64,000 bases of DNA from Geminicoccaceae bacterium (GTDB lineage: Bacteria; Pseudomonadota; Alphaproteobacteria; Geminicoccales; Geminicoccaceae), in NCBI GenBank assembly GCA_041397945.1, contig JAWKVR010000008.1, positions 23,414-87,413 on the forward strand. The letters are read 5' to 3'. Both the position numbers and the translations under genes were made by a program. Shown here in pieces: positions 19,642 to 29,937 of the stretch. The notes beneath the pieces were generated by a model. The model did no database searches, had not been told where the DNA came from, and was given only the letters and a program-made list of their open reading frames with translations. Numbering within the stretch: position 1 is the stretch's first letter; each line of letters opens with the position of its first letter.

Positions 19642-21315
19642 TCAGGCCACGGCCTTGATCGGCACCGGCCGCAGGAGGAAGGCGGGGACGTGATCGCCGA
19701 GCCCGACCACGGGCTCGTCGCGCGGCTCACCGCGGCCCCGCTGCGGCTTCGGTGCCGGCTTGGCCACGCCCGTCGGCGGGGCATCGGCGCGGCGCCGGCG
19801 CGGCCGGCTCTGCTCCGGCTCGGCCGCCGTGGCCTCTGGCGCTGCGGTCTCCGGCACCTTGCCGGCGGCCGGGGTCTCGGCCGTCGCGGCCACCGGCTCG
19901 GCCGCCTCGGAGCGCCGCCGCCGGCGGCGGGTGCCGGTCGGCTCGGCCGGGGCCAATTCACTCGGGGTCGTCTCGCTCGGGGCGGCAGCTTCCGTCGCGG
20001 CGACCTCGGGTGCTGCGTCGGGCTCGTTGCGCCGCTTGCGCCGGCGCGGGGCCGGTGCAGCATCACCTTCCCGCTGCGGCTTCGGCGGGCACTGCCTCGA
20101 CCCGACCTCGCGCTCGGGTGCCCTTCGTGCCGGGCGAGCCCGGCTCGGCCGCCGAGGCGTCTCGGTCTCCTCGCTCACGCTCTCGATCATCTGCCGCTCG
20201 ATCTTGCTGCCGAGCAGCCGCTCGATCGCGGCGAGATGCTTGCCGTCGTCGGAATCGGCCAGGGTGTAGGCATGGCCCTCCTTGCCGGCGCGGCCGGTGC
20301 GGCCGATGCGGTGGACGTAGTCGTCGGGATGGATCGGCACGTCGAGATTGATGACCACGGGCAGGTCGACGATGTCGAGGCCGCGCGCCGCCACGTCGGT
20401 GGCGACCAGATAGTCGACCGTGCCGGCCTTGAACGCGTCGAGCGTCGCCTGGCGCTGGCTCTGGTCGAGGTCGCCGTGGATGTCCTGGGCGTTGCGGCCC
20501 TGGCGCTGCAGGAACTTGTTGACGGTCGAGACGTCGCGCTTGCGATTGCAGAAGATGATGGCGTTGCCGATCTTCTCGACGTCGAGCAGACGGTCGAGGG
20601 CGACCCGGCGCTCGATGCCGCGGATCGGCACGACGACATCCTTGACCTTCTCCGCCCGGGTCGAGGGGCGGGCGACCTCGATCTCGGCGGGGTCGCGCAG
20701 GAAGCGGTCGGCGAGCCGGCGCACCTCCTTCGGCATGGTGGCCGAGAAGAGCAGGGTCTGGCCGCGCTTGGTCAGAAGCTGGAAGATCCGCTCGACATCC
20801 GGGATGAAGCCCATGTCGAGCATCCGGTCGGCCTCGTCGATAACGAAGACCTCGACCCCGTTGAGCAGGATGCGGCCGCGATCGAACCAGTCGAGCAACC
20901 GGCCGGGCGTCGCGATGAGGACGTCGACACCCTTCTCCAGCAGCTTCTCCTGCTCGCCCATGCCGACGCCGCCGATCAAGAGCGCCATGGTGAGGTTGAG
21001 ATGCTTGCCGTAGGTCTCGAAGCTCTGCGAGATCTGCGTCGCCAGCTCGCGCGTCGGGCTGAGAATCAGCGAGCGCGGCATCCGGGCCCGGGCACGCCCG
21101 GCGGCGAGCCGGTGCAGCATCGGCAGGGTGAAGCCCGCCGTCTTGCCGGTGCCTGTCTGGGCGATGCCGACGACGTCGCGGCCCTGGAGCACGGCCGGAA
21201 TCGCAGCTGCCTGGATCGGGGTCGGATGCACATAGCCGGCGTCGGCGATGGCACGTTGAATTTCCTCGCGCAGCCCCAGCTCCGCGAAGGTGATGGTCGC
21301 TTGTTCGGTGGTCAA
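19642..21315 (-). CDS. DEAD-box ATP-dependent RNA helicase (RhlE-like) with a long Arg/Pro/Ala/Glu-rich C-terminal tail
   Basis: Q-motif FAELGL...PTPIQ, AQTGTGKT, PTRELA, DEAD (VIDEADRMLDMGF), SAT, HRIGRTGRAG. Probable TTG start at 21315, downstream of AAGGA. The rest of the 894-aa ORF upstream is non-coding read-through. Confidence 0.9.
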   Translation of the reverse strand: MTTEQATITFAELGLREEIQRAIADAGYVHPTPIQAAAIPAVLQGRDVVGIAQTGTGKTAGFTLPMLHRLAAGRARARMPRSLILSPTRELATQISQSFETYGKHLNLTMALLIGGVGMGEQEKLLEKGVDVLIATPGRLLDWFDRGRILLNGVEVFVIDEADRMLDMGFIPDVERIFQLLTKRGQTLLFSATMPKEVRRLADRFLRDPAEIEVARPSTRAEKVKDVVVPIRGIERRVALDRLLDVEKIGNAIIFCNRKRDVSTVNKFLQRQGRNAQDIHGDLDQSQRQATLDAFKAGTVDYLVATDVAARGLDIVDLPVVINLDVPIHPDDYVHRIGRTGRAGKEGHAYTLADSDDGKHLAAIERLLGSKIERQMIESVSEETETPRRPSRARPARRAPEREVGSRQCPPKPQREGDAAPAPRRRKRRNEPDAAPEVAATEAAAPSETTPSELAPAEPTGTRRRRRRSEAAEPVAATAETPAAGKVPETAAPEATAAEPEQSRPRRRRADAPPTGVAKPAPKPQRGRGEPRDEPVVGLGDHVPAFLLRPVPIKAVA

Positions 21316-21480
21316 GAACAGTCCTTGGTGGGTGACATTCGCTGTCGGCCCTGCATGTATGGACAATCCTCGAGGAGTCAATGACAAGCGGTCGCGCAGC
21401 ACCCCCGCCTGTGCAAAAAAAGAGCAGGATCGGCCAAGAAGCCGCAGGGATGAGGCCATGATGCCGGGGAAGGCGGGGCG

Positions 21481-22452
21481 ATGTTGAGGCGGAATGAATC
21501 GCTGCTCTTGATTGTCGACGTGCAGGCGGGGCTGGCGCGGGCGGTGCATGATGCAGCAGCGTCCATCGCGAGGCTCGGGCTGCTGCTGCGCGCGGCGGCG
21601 GTGCTCGACGTGCCGGTGATCGTCTCCGAGCAGTATCCCAAGGGGCTCGGGCCAACCGACCCACGCCTCCTGCCGCTGCCCGACGGCACCACGGTCCTGC
21701 CCAAGCTCGCCTTCTCCTGCTGGCGCGAGCCGGAGCTCCGGGCGGCGCTCGAACAGGCCGGCCGGCGGCAGATCGTGGTCGCCGGCATGGAGACCCATGT
21801 CTGCGTGCTGCAGACAGCGCTCGATCTGCAGGATGCGGGCTTCGCCGTGCATCTCGCAGCCGACGCCTCGGGCTCCAGGCGGGAGGCGGACCGCGCCCTG
21901 GCGCATGCCCGGCTGCGCGACCGGGGCATTGCGGTCGTCGGCGTCGAGATGGTCGTCTTCGAATGGCTGGAGCGGGCCGCAGGGCCGGCGTTCAAGACGC
22001 TGATCCCGGCGATCAAGGCGCTGGTCCCACAGGCCCCAGAGCCCCCACAGGCCACAGGCGGCCTGCCGGCCATCGCCAGGGTCAGCGTCCTGGTGCCGGA
22101 TTACGACGCGGCGATCGCCCATTACTGCGGCGTTCTCGGCTTCACCCTCGTCGAGGACACGCCCATGCAGCCGGGCAAGCGCTGGGTGCGGGTGGTGCCG
22201 GCGGGGGGCGGCACGGAGCTGCTGCTCGCCCGGGCGGCGACAGCCGAGCAGGAATCCCGCATCGGCGACCAGACCGGTGGCCGGGTCTTCCTCTTCCTCG
22301 ATACCGACGACCTGGCCCGCGACCATGCCCGGCTGACGGCGCTGGGCGTCGCCTTCGAGGCGGCGCCGCGTGACGAGCCCTATGGCCGGGTCGCGGTCTT
22401 CAGGGACGCCTTCGGCAATCGCTGGGACCTGGTCGAGCGGCGTCGTGGCTGA
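21481..22452 (+). CDS. Isochorismatase-family hydrolase fused to a VOC/glyoxalase domain
   Basis: N-terminal LLLIVDVQAGLA...VIVSEQYPKGLG...IVVAGMETHVCVLQTALDL...VEMVVFEWL (isochorismatase-like). Linker ALVPQAPEPPQATGG. C-terminal VSVLVPDYDAAIAHYCGVLGFTLVED...VFLFLDTDDLARDHARLTALGVAFEAAPRDEPYGRVAVFRDAFGNRWDL (VOC). Confidence 0.8.
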   Translation: MLRRNESLLLIVDVQAGLARAVHDAAASIARLGLLLRAAAVLDVPVIVSEQYPKGLGPTDPRLLPLPDGTTVLPKLAFSCWREPELRAALEQAGRRQIVVAGMETHVCVLQTALDLQDAGFAVHLAADASGSRREADRALAHARLRDRGIAVVGVEMVVFEWLERAAGPAFKTLIPAIKALVPQAPEPPQATGGLPAIARVSVLVPDYDAAIAHYCGVLGFTLVEDTPMQPGKRWVRVVPAGGGTELLLARAATAEQESRIGDQTGGRVFLFLDTDDLARDHARLTALGVAFEAAPRDEPYGRVAVFRDAFGNRWDLVERRRG

Positions 22453-22458
22453 CGCGGC

Positions 22459-23388
22459 TCAGGCGCGGCCGGCCTTGGCTTCGGCGATGCGGTGGTCGAG
22501 CCGGTCGTCATCGAGCCCGGCGGGCTCCTGGTGGATGATGATCTCGGTCTCGCCGAAGGCTTCGGCGAGACGCGCCTCGAGCGCGTCGGTGACGCGGTGC
22601 GCCCGGCGCACGCTCATCGCCCCGTCGATCTCGACATGCAGCTCGATGAAGGTGGTGTTGCCGGCCTGGCGGGTGCGCAGGTCGTGGAGGTCGACGACGT
22701 CGGGATGCTCGCGCACCAGCGCCTCGATGCGCCGCCGCTCGGCCCCGCTGAGCTCCCGGTCCATGAGGGTGTCGATCGCCGAGCGGCCGAGGCGGGCGGC
22801 CTGCCAGGCGAGGTAGAGGGCGACCACGACGGCGGCCACGGGATCGATCCAGGAAATATCGAGCCTGGCGGTCAGGAGCAGGGCGGCGAGCACCAGAAGG
22901 TTGGTGGCGAGGTCGGCCGTGTAGTGCAGCCGGTCGGCGGCGATGGCGGTCGAGCCCGTCCGGCGGATCACCACGCGCTGCAAAGTGACCAGCGCCAGGG
23001 TGATGACGATGGCGCCGACCAGCACGACGAACGCGAAGGTGCCGGGCTGGATGACCCGCGGGTTCAGGAACCGTTCGCCGGCGCCGATCAGGACGAAGAG
23101 TGCCGAGCCCATGACCAGCGAGGCCTGCGCCAGGGCGGAGAGGCTCTCCGCCTTGCCGTGGCCGAAGCGATGGCTGCGGTCGGGCGGCTGCTGGCTGACC
23201 CGGACGGCGATGAAGGTGATGAGCGAGCCCCCGATGTCGGCGAGGCTGTCGATCATCGAGGCGAGGAGCGCCAGCGAATCGGAGACGAGGGCGGCCGCGA
23301 GCTTGCCGAGGGTCAGCGTCACCGCGACCGTCAGGCTGGCCTTGGCGGCGAGCCGGACCAGGGCCGCCGGATCGAGTCTCTTGAGCAT
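22459..23388 (-). CDS. Cation diffusion facilitator (CDF) family metal efflux transporter
   Basis: 309 aa. SDSLALLASMIDSLADIGGSLI, RSHRFGHGKAESLSAL, HYTADLATNLLVL, and a C-terminal cytoplasmic domain DLHDLRTRQAGNTTFIELHVEIDG. Confidence 0.88.
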   Translation of the reverse strand: MLKRLDPAALVRLAAKASLTVAVTLTLGKLAAALVSDSLALLASMIDSLADIGGSLITFIAVRVSQQPPDRSHRFGHGKAESLSALAQASLVMGSALFVLIGAGERFLNPRVIQPGTFAFVVLVGAIVITLALVTLQRVVIRRTGSTAIAADRLHYTADLATNLLVLAALLLTARLDISWIDPVAAVVVALYLAWQAARLGRSAIDTLMDRELSGAERRRIEALVREHPDVVDLHDLRTRQAGNTTFIELHVEIDGAMSVRRAHRVTDALEARLAEAFGETEIIIHQEPAGLDDDRLDHRIAEAKAGRA

Positions 23389-23397
23389 GTCGCCTCG

Positions 23398-24012
23398 TCA
23401 GTAGAGGCCGCGCTCGTAGGCGTCCTCGATCAGCGCGTCCGTGGCCTTTTCCTCGACCCCCTCGATCTGGTCGGCGAGGATCCGGGCGAGGCTCGGGAAC
23501 TGACCCTTCTCGATATGCTGACCGGGGTCCCAGAGCTTCGAGCGGATCAGCGCCTTGCCGCAATGCATGAAGGCCTCCTCGACGCCGACCACGATCACCG
23601 ACCGCGGCACCTTGCCGGCATGCGCCGTCGCCTCGAGCAGATCCGGCTCGGTGCTGATCCGGGCCGTGCCGTTGGCGCGGAAGGTTTCCTTGTAGCCGGG
23701 CAGGAAGAAGATCAGCCCGATGCGCGGGTTGGCCACGATGTTCTGCAGGCTGTCGACCCGGTTGTTGCCGGGCCGGTCGGGAATCAGCAGCGTCCGCTCG
23801 TCCAGCACCTTGACGAAGCCCGGCGCGTCGCCCTTGGGCGAGGCGTCGCAGCGGCCCTCGGCATCGGCCGTCGCGATCACCACGAAGGGCGAGAGCTCGA
23901 TGAACCGCCGGCCGTGCCGGTCGATCCGGTCCAGCTCCTTGCCGGAGGCCGTCCGGCTGACGCTGCCGTAATGCGCGCGGAGCGCATCTCTGTCGGCGAG
24001 GCTCAGGGTCAT
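23398..24012 (-). CDS. Pyridoxamine 5'-phosphate oxidase-family (FMN-binding split-barrel) protein
   Basis: MTLSLADRDALRAHYGSV...SPFVVIATADAEGRCDASPKGDAPGFVKVLDERTLLIPDRPGNNRVDSLQNIVANPRIGLIFFLPGYKETFRANG. Start at 24012. Confidence 0.8.
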   Translation of the reverse strand: MTLSLADRDALRAHYGSVSRTASGKELDRIDRHGRRFIELSPFVVIATADAEGRCDASPKGDAPGFVKVLDERTLLIPDRPGNNRVDSLQNIVANPRIGLIFFLPGYKETFRANGTARISTEPDLLEATAHAGKVPRSVIVVGVEEAFMHCGKALIRSKLWDPGQHIEKGQFPSLARILADQIEGVEEKATDALIEDAYERGLY

Positions 24013-24104
24013 GGACGGTCTCCCGATAGGGCGTGGCACGAAGCCCTGCGCCTCGCACGTCCGACCGGGAATGGCAAGGTCGGGAAGGGCGGGCGCCGGG
24101 CGCC

Positions 24105-27100
24105 TCAGAGCGTTTCCAGGAGGGCCTTGCTCTCGACGAGGTCGGGAAGGGCGAAGCCCTCGGTGAACCAGCCGAGCACCGGCGCCAGCAGATCCCGCGC
24201 CGCCTGCCGCTTGCCTTGCCCGGCCCGGAGCCGCGCGAGGTCGCGGGCGGCGCGCAGCTCCCAGAGCTTCGCCTCCTGCCCGCGGGCGATCTCGAGCGCC
24301 GCCTCGAGATGCTGCCCGGCCGCGCCCGTGTCGTCGGCAGAGCGGGCGAGCAGGCGGTGCAGCTCGGCATCGAACCAGCATTCACCGGTCGCCGCGTTTT
24401 GGGCCAGGCCCTGCTCGAGCAGGGCCTGCGCCGCTTCGGCCCGTCCCGCCGCGTGGAGCAGATCGGCGCGCAGGCTCGAGAGATAGGCGAGCTCGATGTG
24501 ATGCGAGGCCGCATCGAGGGCTTCGAGCGCTGCCGCCATCATGGCGTCGCCGCGCTCGACATCGCCGTCGCCGCCGGCGAGCCAGCCGAGGAAGATCGAG
24601 GCGATGCTCTCCCAGATCGGCAGATGCGCGCGCCGGCTGTGCGCGAGGCATTGCCCGGCCCGCTCGCGCAGCAGATCGCGCCGGCCGCCGAGCTGGGGCA
24701 GGTAGCAGCCATTGCCGAGCGCCATCGCGATCTCGAAGATCCGCCCGATCTCGACGAACCGCCGGAGCGCCAGCCTCTCCATCGCGACGGCCCGGTCGGG
24801 ATAGCCGAGAATGAAGAGCGCCCAGGGCAAATAGGTCCGCTCGGCGGATGGGCGCTCGGGGTAGGGCCCGTCGCTGTCGGGGAGCGCTTCGAGGTGATGC
24901 CGTGTGGCCGCGAACCGGCCGCGCACGAAGGCGGCGAGGGCCGCCGCCTCGTGCCGGTGCCAGAGCCATGCCGGCGAGGCGCCGAGCTGCGGTGCCGCCT
25001 GCAGGAGCCCCGTGACCTCGTCGGCGCGGTCGAGGCGCGCGCTGTTGAAATGCGACAGGAACTCCCCGAAGAGCGCCAGCTCCTGCCCCTCCTGGTCGCC
25101 GGCCTCGGCATAGGCGAGGCGGGACATGCGGAAGGCCTCGGCCGTGGCCAGGGCGGCGGTGCCGATGCTGGCGCGCAGGCTGTCGCCCTGCAGGAGATGG
25201 AGCTTCGCCCGCCAGCCCGTGGCCGTGTCGCCGGCCGGGAGGCGTGCGACCGCGGCGAGGCCGGTCTCGATCATCTCCTGCGCTTCCGGGGCAGCGGCGC
25301 GGGCGATGGCGGCGTCGATGGCGCGCAGGAGATGCGGCACGGCGGCCGCCACCTCGTCGGCCGCGAGGAAGTGGCGGGCGACGAGCTCGGGCTCGCCGCC
25401 GCCGCGCCGGGCCGCCTTTTCCGCCAGCACCCGCGCGATGCGGCCGTGCACCTCGCGGCGCCGGCTGCGCAGCAGCGATTCGTAGGCCGCGTCGCGCACC
25501 AGCGCATGCTTGAAGACGAGCCGGCCGTCGGCCGGCGGGCCATCGTGGAAGACCAGCTCGGCCTCCACCAGCCGGTCGAGCGCCTGCTCGACCTCGGCCA
25601 GGGCCGCCCGGCGACGGCGACGAGCAGGCCCCGGTCGAGCGCGCGGCCGATGCAGGCGGCGACCTGCGCCACATCCTTGGCCTCCGGCAGCCGGTCGAGA
25701 CGGGCCAGCAGCAGATCGTGGAGCGTGGCCGGGATGGCGCCGTCCTCCGCTTCGAGAACCGCCCTGGTCAGCTCCTCGACGAAGAGCGGCACCCCGTCGG
25801 TGCGCGTGGCGATGGTCGCGATCGTCGCTGCCGGCAGGCCATCGCCGCCGAGCCCGCGGATGATCGCCTCGGCCTCGGCGCGCCCGAGCCGGCCGAGGGT
25901 GAGCCGGCCGAGGCGACCTTGCCGAACGCGGGCAGGCCCTCGGGCCGGCTGGTGACGAGGACGAATATCTGCAGTTGCCCAGATCCGGCGAGCAGCCGGT
26001 CGAGCAGCCTCCAGGGTGGTCGGGTCGAGCCAGTGCGCGTCCTCGACCACGACCAGGAGCGGCCCGGCCCGGGCGAGGCCCAGCCACCGGTCGGCCAGCG
26101 TCTCGAGGGTCCGCGCCCGCCGCGCCTGCGGCGTCAGCTCGAGTTGCCCGTAGCGGGCCCGCACCGTCGAGCCCGACGAGCTCGGCGATCAGCGGCAGGG
26201 CGTCGTCGTCCTCGAAAGCCGTTCGGCAGCGCCTCGAGCCGGTCGAACCGCACCTCGTTCGACTGCCCGTCCGCAAAGCCGGCCTCGTCACGCAGCTGCT
26301 GGATCACGGGCCAGAGCGCGCTGTCCGCATGGTAGGGCGGGCCCTGCGACGAACGACCGCGTGCGGCTCGCCCGCCAGCGCATCGCCGAAGGCGCGGACG
26401 ATCCGCGACTTGCCGTGCCCGGCCTCGCCGACCAGCAGCACCGCCTGCCCGGCGCCATCCGGGCGCGCTGCCAGCGCTCGAGCAGGAAGGCCAGCTCCCG
26501 CTCGCGCCCGACCATGGGCTGGGCTGGCCGGCGCGCGCCTCGAAGCGGCTGGCCACGGCCCGTTCGCCGCTGACCGCGAAGACCGGCACCGGGCCGTCGA
26601 TGCCCTTGAACGCCCGCCCGCCGAGCTCCTCCACGACGAAGGCGGCGCCGAGCAGCCGCCGGGTCGCCCGGGCGATCAGCACTTGGCCCGGCTCGGCCAA
26701 TGCCTGCAGCCGGGCCGCGAGGCTGGGCGTGTCGCCGACCACCGTCTGCTCGCTGGCCGTGCCCTCGCCGATCAGCTCGCCGACCACCACGAGGCCGGTG
26801 GCGACGCCGATCCGACAGGCCAGCGGCGGGTCGTGGCCGGTGAGCCCCGCCACCGCGTCGCGCGCCGCCAGCCCGGCCCGAACTGCCCGCTCGGCCTCGT
26901 CCTCGTGCGCCCGGGGCCAGCCGAAATGGGCAGGATCCCGTCACCCATGAACTTTGCCACATGCCCTTCGAGTGCTGCGACCGCGCCCGCCACCGCATTC
27001 TGGTAGGCGCGCAGGACGGTACCCATCTCCTCCGGGTCGAGTCGCGCCGAAGGGCGGTGGAGCCGACCAGATCGACGAACATCAGGTCAGCTGGCGACGC

Positions 27101-27331
27101 TCGGCGACCGGCTCGGTTGTCGGCGGGTCGGCCGACTCGCCGGACGCGCTCGGCAATGGCGTCGAGCAGCCGGCGGCGATGGCCGACAGAAGGCGACCCC
27201 CATCTCCCGCAGGTCCTCCGCCGTCAGGCTCGGCAGCAGCCCGGCGTCGACATCGTTCTCGCGAAAGGCCGCCGCGTACTGGCCGAGGCCGAGCTCGCGA
27301 AGCCAGGACGCAATATCAAGGCCGTCTCCAT
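24105..27331 (-). pseudogene. Large signalling protein: SAM domain, class III adenylate/guanylate cyclase, AAA/NACHT-like ATPase and TPR-like C-terminal region; multiply frameshifted
   Basis: SAM: IASWLRELGLGQYAAAFRENDVDAGLLPSLTAEDLREMGV. Cyclase: MFVDLVGSTAL, HVAKFMGDGIL, IGVATGLVVVGELIGEGTASEQTVVGDTPSLAARLQALAEPGQVLI. P-loop region: GEAGHGKSRIVRAF, readable on reverse-complementing 26380-26420. The C-terminal roughly 470 aa are continuous in ORF 24105-26291 (LVFKHALVRDAAYESLL...). Confidence 0.75.
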
Positions 27332-27398
27332 GGCCGTCCGCTCGAGGATACTACCCTGCCTGCGGCGACCCACCACAGCGGTGCCGGGAACGCCCGCC

Positions 27399-28315
27399 TC
27401 AGCTGTCGGGGAGCTTCGGCACCCCGCCGGGTGTCGGTCGGAAGGCCGCCGCCAGCCGCTCCGCCTCGGCGATCTCTTCGGGGCTCATCCGGGTGATCAG
27501 CTCGGCCCTGAACCTGCTGGCCCGGGCGCCGATCTCCAGATCGCCCGGCGGGGTCGCCGCCAGCGTGCCCATTTGAGCGCTTGCACGGGATCGGCGGCGA
27601 CACCCTGGCCCTCGGCATAGAGCGTGCCGAGATAGAACTGGAGCCGGCTTGTGACCCTGCGCCGCCGCCAGGCTGGACCACTGGGCGGCCAGGCCGTCAT
27701 CCTGCGGCACGCCGTGCCCGTGTAGTACATGCCGCCCAGATTGTGCTGCGCCGGCGGGTCGCCCTGCATGGCGGCCAGCCTGAACCAGCGCGCCGCCTCC
27801 TCGTCGTTGCGCGCCACGGCCACGCCCTGGGCGTAGAAGCCGCCCAGCCGGTTCTGCGCCTCCGGCAGGCCCTGTACCGCCGACGCCCGGAGCCAGCGCA
27901 GTGCGGCCGCCTCGTCCGGGGCGACGCCGCGCCCCATCAGATAGAGGAGGCTCATATTGTACTGCGCCGGCGCATAGCCGCCCTCGGCGGCGGTGAGGAA
28001 CCAGCGCGCCGCGGCCTCGTCATCGGCCGCCACGCCGCGGCCGTCGAGATAGCGATCGGCGAGATCGAACTGCGCCTTTGGATCGCCGGCCTCGGCCGCC
28101 CGCAGCAGGGCCGGGACGTTGGTGGCGGGAGGGGGCGGCGGCGTGGCGACCGGCGGCACAGCAGGCGCCACGGTGGCGGGCGGTGCCGGGGCCGCTGCCT
28201 CCGGCGCCGCGGCATCGGCCGGTGCCGCGACCTCCGGCGTGGCGGCCGCCGGGGCCACGCCACCCTCCTGCGAGCCGGCGCGGGCGGCAACTATTGCCGG
28301 CCCGCGAGGCAGCCA
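27399..28315 (-). pseudogene. Sel1-repeat protein with Pro/Ala-rich N-terminal linker; frameshifted in the last repeats; N-terminus uncertain
   Basis: Sel1 units: GDPKAQFDLADRYLDGRGVAADDEAAARWF, APAQYNMSLLYLMGRGVAPDEAAALRWL, PEAQNRLGGFYAQGVAVARNDEEAARWF, PPAQHNLGGMYYTG. The C-terminus (MSPEEIAEAERLAAAF) is in ORF 27399-27710. Confidence 0.7.
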
Positions 28316-28495
28316 TGATCCGGCCCTGGACCATCGGCTTCTCCCCTCCCGTCATCACCCGATCGTTCGAGCGCTCGCCGTCCCGACGAACCCCCCGGCT
28401 AACCCAAGGCCGAGTCGGCGGCAAGCCCTCCCGGGACATGTGCCGACAGACCCGCTTGGCCGTCCGAGGGACAACAACGGCTCCTAGCCGGCTCC

Positions 28496-29581
28496 TCAGT
28501 CGACCGGCTGCCACTCGCTCACGCGGCGCTGGGCCTCGGCGATCTCGGCCGGGCCGAGCCGGGCGGCGACCTTGTCGCGATAGCTCGCCGCGAAGTCGCG
28601 CTGCGCCTGCTCGGGTGCCCTTGTCGCCGCGAGGTCGAGCCAGAGATAGGCCTCGGGGTCGTTGGGCGCGGCACCTCGCCCCTCGGCGATCATCACGCCG
28701 AGCAGGAACTGCGCCGTGCCGTGCCCCTTGGCCGCGGCGATGCGCAGCCAGCGCACGGCCTGGGCGTCGTCCGGCTCGACACCCTGGCCGGCGACGTACA
28801 GGCGCCCGAGATTGTACGCCCCGTCGGCGAGGCCGCTCTGCGCCGCCCGGCCAAGCCAGGTGATCGCCTGCGCCGAGTCGAGCGGCACGCCGATGCCGTG
28901 CGAGTAGTACACGCCGAGGTCATTCTGCGCATTGGCATGGCCCTGCTCGGCAGCGGCCCTGAACCATCGCGCCGACTCGGCGGCGTCCTCGGGCACGCCG
29001 ATGCCCCGGGCGTAGATCAGGCCGAGATCGTATTGCGCCGCCGCCAGCCCCTGCTCGGCCGCGGCCTGTACCCAGTGCGCCGTCAGGGCGGCATCGACCG
29101 GCACACCGTCGCCCTGCGCGTAGCGCAGGCCGAGCTCGTGCTGCGCCTCGGCATCGCCGGCCTCGGCTCGCCCACGCAGAGCGGCGGTCTCGGCGGTCTC
29201 TGCCGCCACCTGCGCCGCCGGCACCTCTGCCGCCGGCGCCTCGGTGGCCGGAGCCTGGGCCGCCGGCACCTCCGGCTCCGCCGGGCTATCGCCCATCACC
29301 TCGGGCAGGGGCTCGGCAGCCGGCGGCGGCGTTGCCGGGCTTCCGGCGGGCAGCTCGGGTGCCGCCAGCTGCAGCGCCTCGAGCCCGGGCTGCGGGGCCG
29401 GCTCGGGCGCTGCCGGGGCCTCGGGCGCTGCCAGCGCCTCGGGTGCCTCCATGGCCTCGGGCAGGGGGGTGACCGGCGCATCGTCGCCGCCGCCACCACA
29501 GCCGGCGAGCAGCATGCCGGCGACAAGTCCCGCTCCGGTCCAGCCGCGAACCACCTTCGAGCGCCTCCAGGCTCCATGCAT
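28496..29581 (-). CDS. Sel1-repeat lipoprotein with Pro/Ala/Glu-rich linker
   Basis: Lipobox LLAGC after MHGAWRRSKVVRGWTGAGLVAGM. A low-complexity linker of about 110 aa. Five Sel1 units (AEAQHELGLRYAQGDGVPVD...). C-terminus LGPAEIAEAQRRVSEW, paralogous to the neighbouring gene. Confidence 0.85.
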   Translation of the reverse strand: MHGAWRRSKVVRGWTGAGLVAGMLLAGCGGGGDDAPVTPLPEAMEAPEALAAPEAPAAPEPAPQPGLEALQLAAPELPAGSPATPPPAAEPLPEVMGDSPAEPEVPAAQAPATEAPAAEVPAAQVAAETAETAALRGRAEAGDAEAQHELGLRYAQGDGVPVDAALTAHWVQAAAEQGLAAAQYDLGLIYARGIGVPEDAAESARWFRAAAEQGHANAQNDLGVYYSHGIGVPLDSAQAITWLGRAAQSGLADGAYNLGRLYVAGQGVEPDDAQAVRWLRIAAAKGHGTAQFLLGVMIAEGRGAAPNDPEAYLWLDLAATRAPEQAQRDFAASYRDKVAARLGPAEIAEAQRRVSEWQPVD

Positions 29582-29637
29582 GGCGGACCGGCTAGCCCAA
29601 AGCACCCGACGCGGCAAGCCGCGAGGCGCCAACCGCC

Positions 29638-29937
29638 CTAGAACCAGGCGCGCAGCAGCGCCGCGAGGCCGATGCCCGCCGTCATCGCGAAGAGGGCGTT
29701 GCGCGTCCGGTGCATGACCAGCACCGCGGCCAGGATCGCCAGGATGGCGGCCGGGCCGCTCGTCACCGCGGCCGGGAAGATGATGGCGACCAGCACCGAG
29801 CCCGAGAGGTGGCGCAGGAACGCCTCGAGCCGCGGCGACAGCGGCACCATCGACATGACGAGAAAGCCGCCCGCCCGGGTGGCGTAGGTCAGGATGGCCA
29901 TGGCGCCGATGGCCAGAAGGGCGTCAGCGTCGTGCAT
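29638..29937 (-). CDS. azlD: Branched-chain amino acid transport protein AzlD
   Basis: 99-aa hydrophobic ORF directly downstream of, and overlapping, azlC. Confidence 0.8.
   Translation of the reverse strand: MHDADALLAIGAMAILTYATRAGGFLVMSMVPLSPRLEAFLRHLSGSVLVAIIFPAAVTSGPAAILAILAAVLVMHRTRNALFAMTAGIGLAALLRAWF

Noticed and set aside
19642-22326. 894-aa ORF as the full DEAD-box helicase
   Set aside because: The helicase Q-motif begins right after a TTG at 21315 with an upstream AAGGA. The ~336 upstream codons are Arg/Gly-rich read-through antisense to the intergenic region and the isochorismatase-VOC gene.
29200-29470. Tandem DNA repeats (GCCGCCGGCACCTC-like) as a non-coding repeat array
   Set aside because: They lie inside the intact Sel1 lipoprotein ORF and encode its Pro/Ala/Glu-rich linker (…EVPAAQAPATEAPAAEVPAAQ…). 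This is low-complexity coding sequence, not an intergenic repeat.
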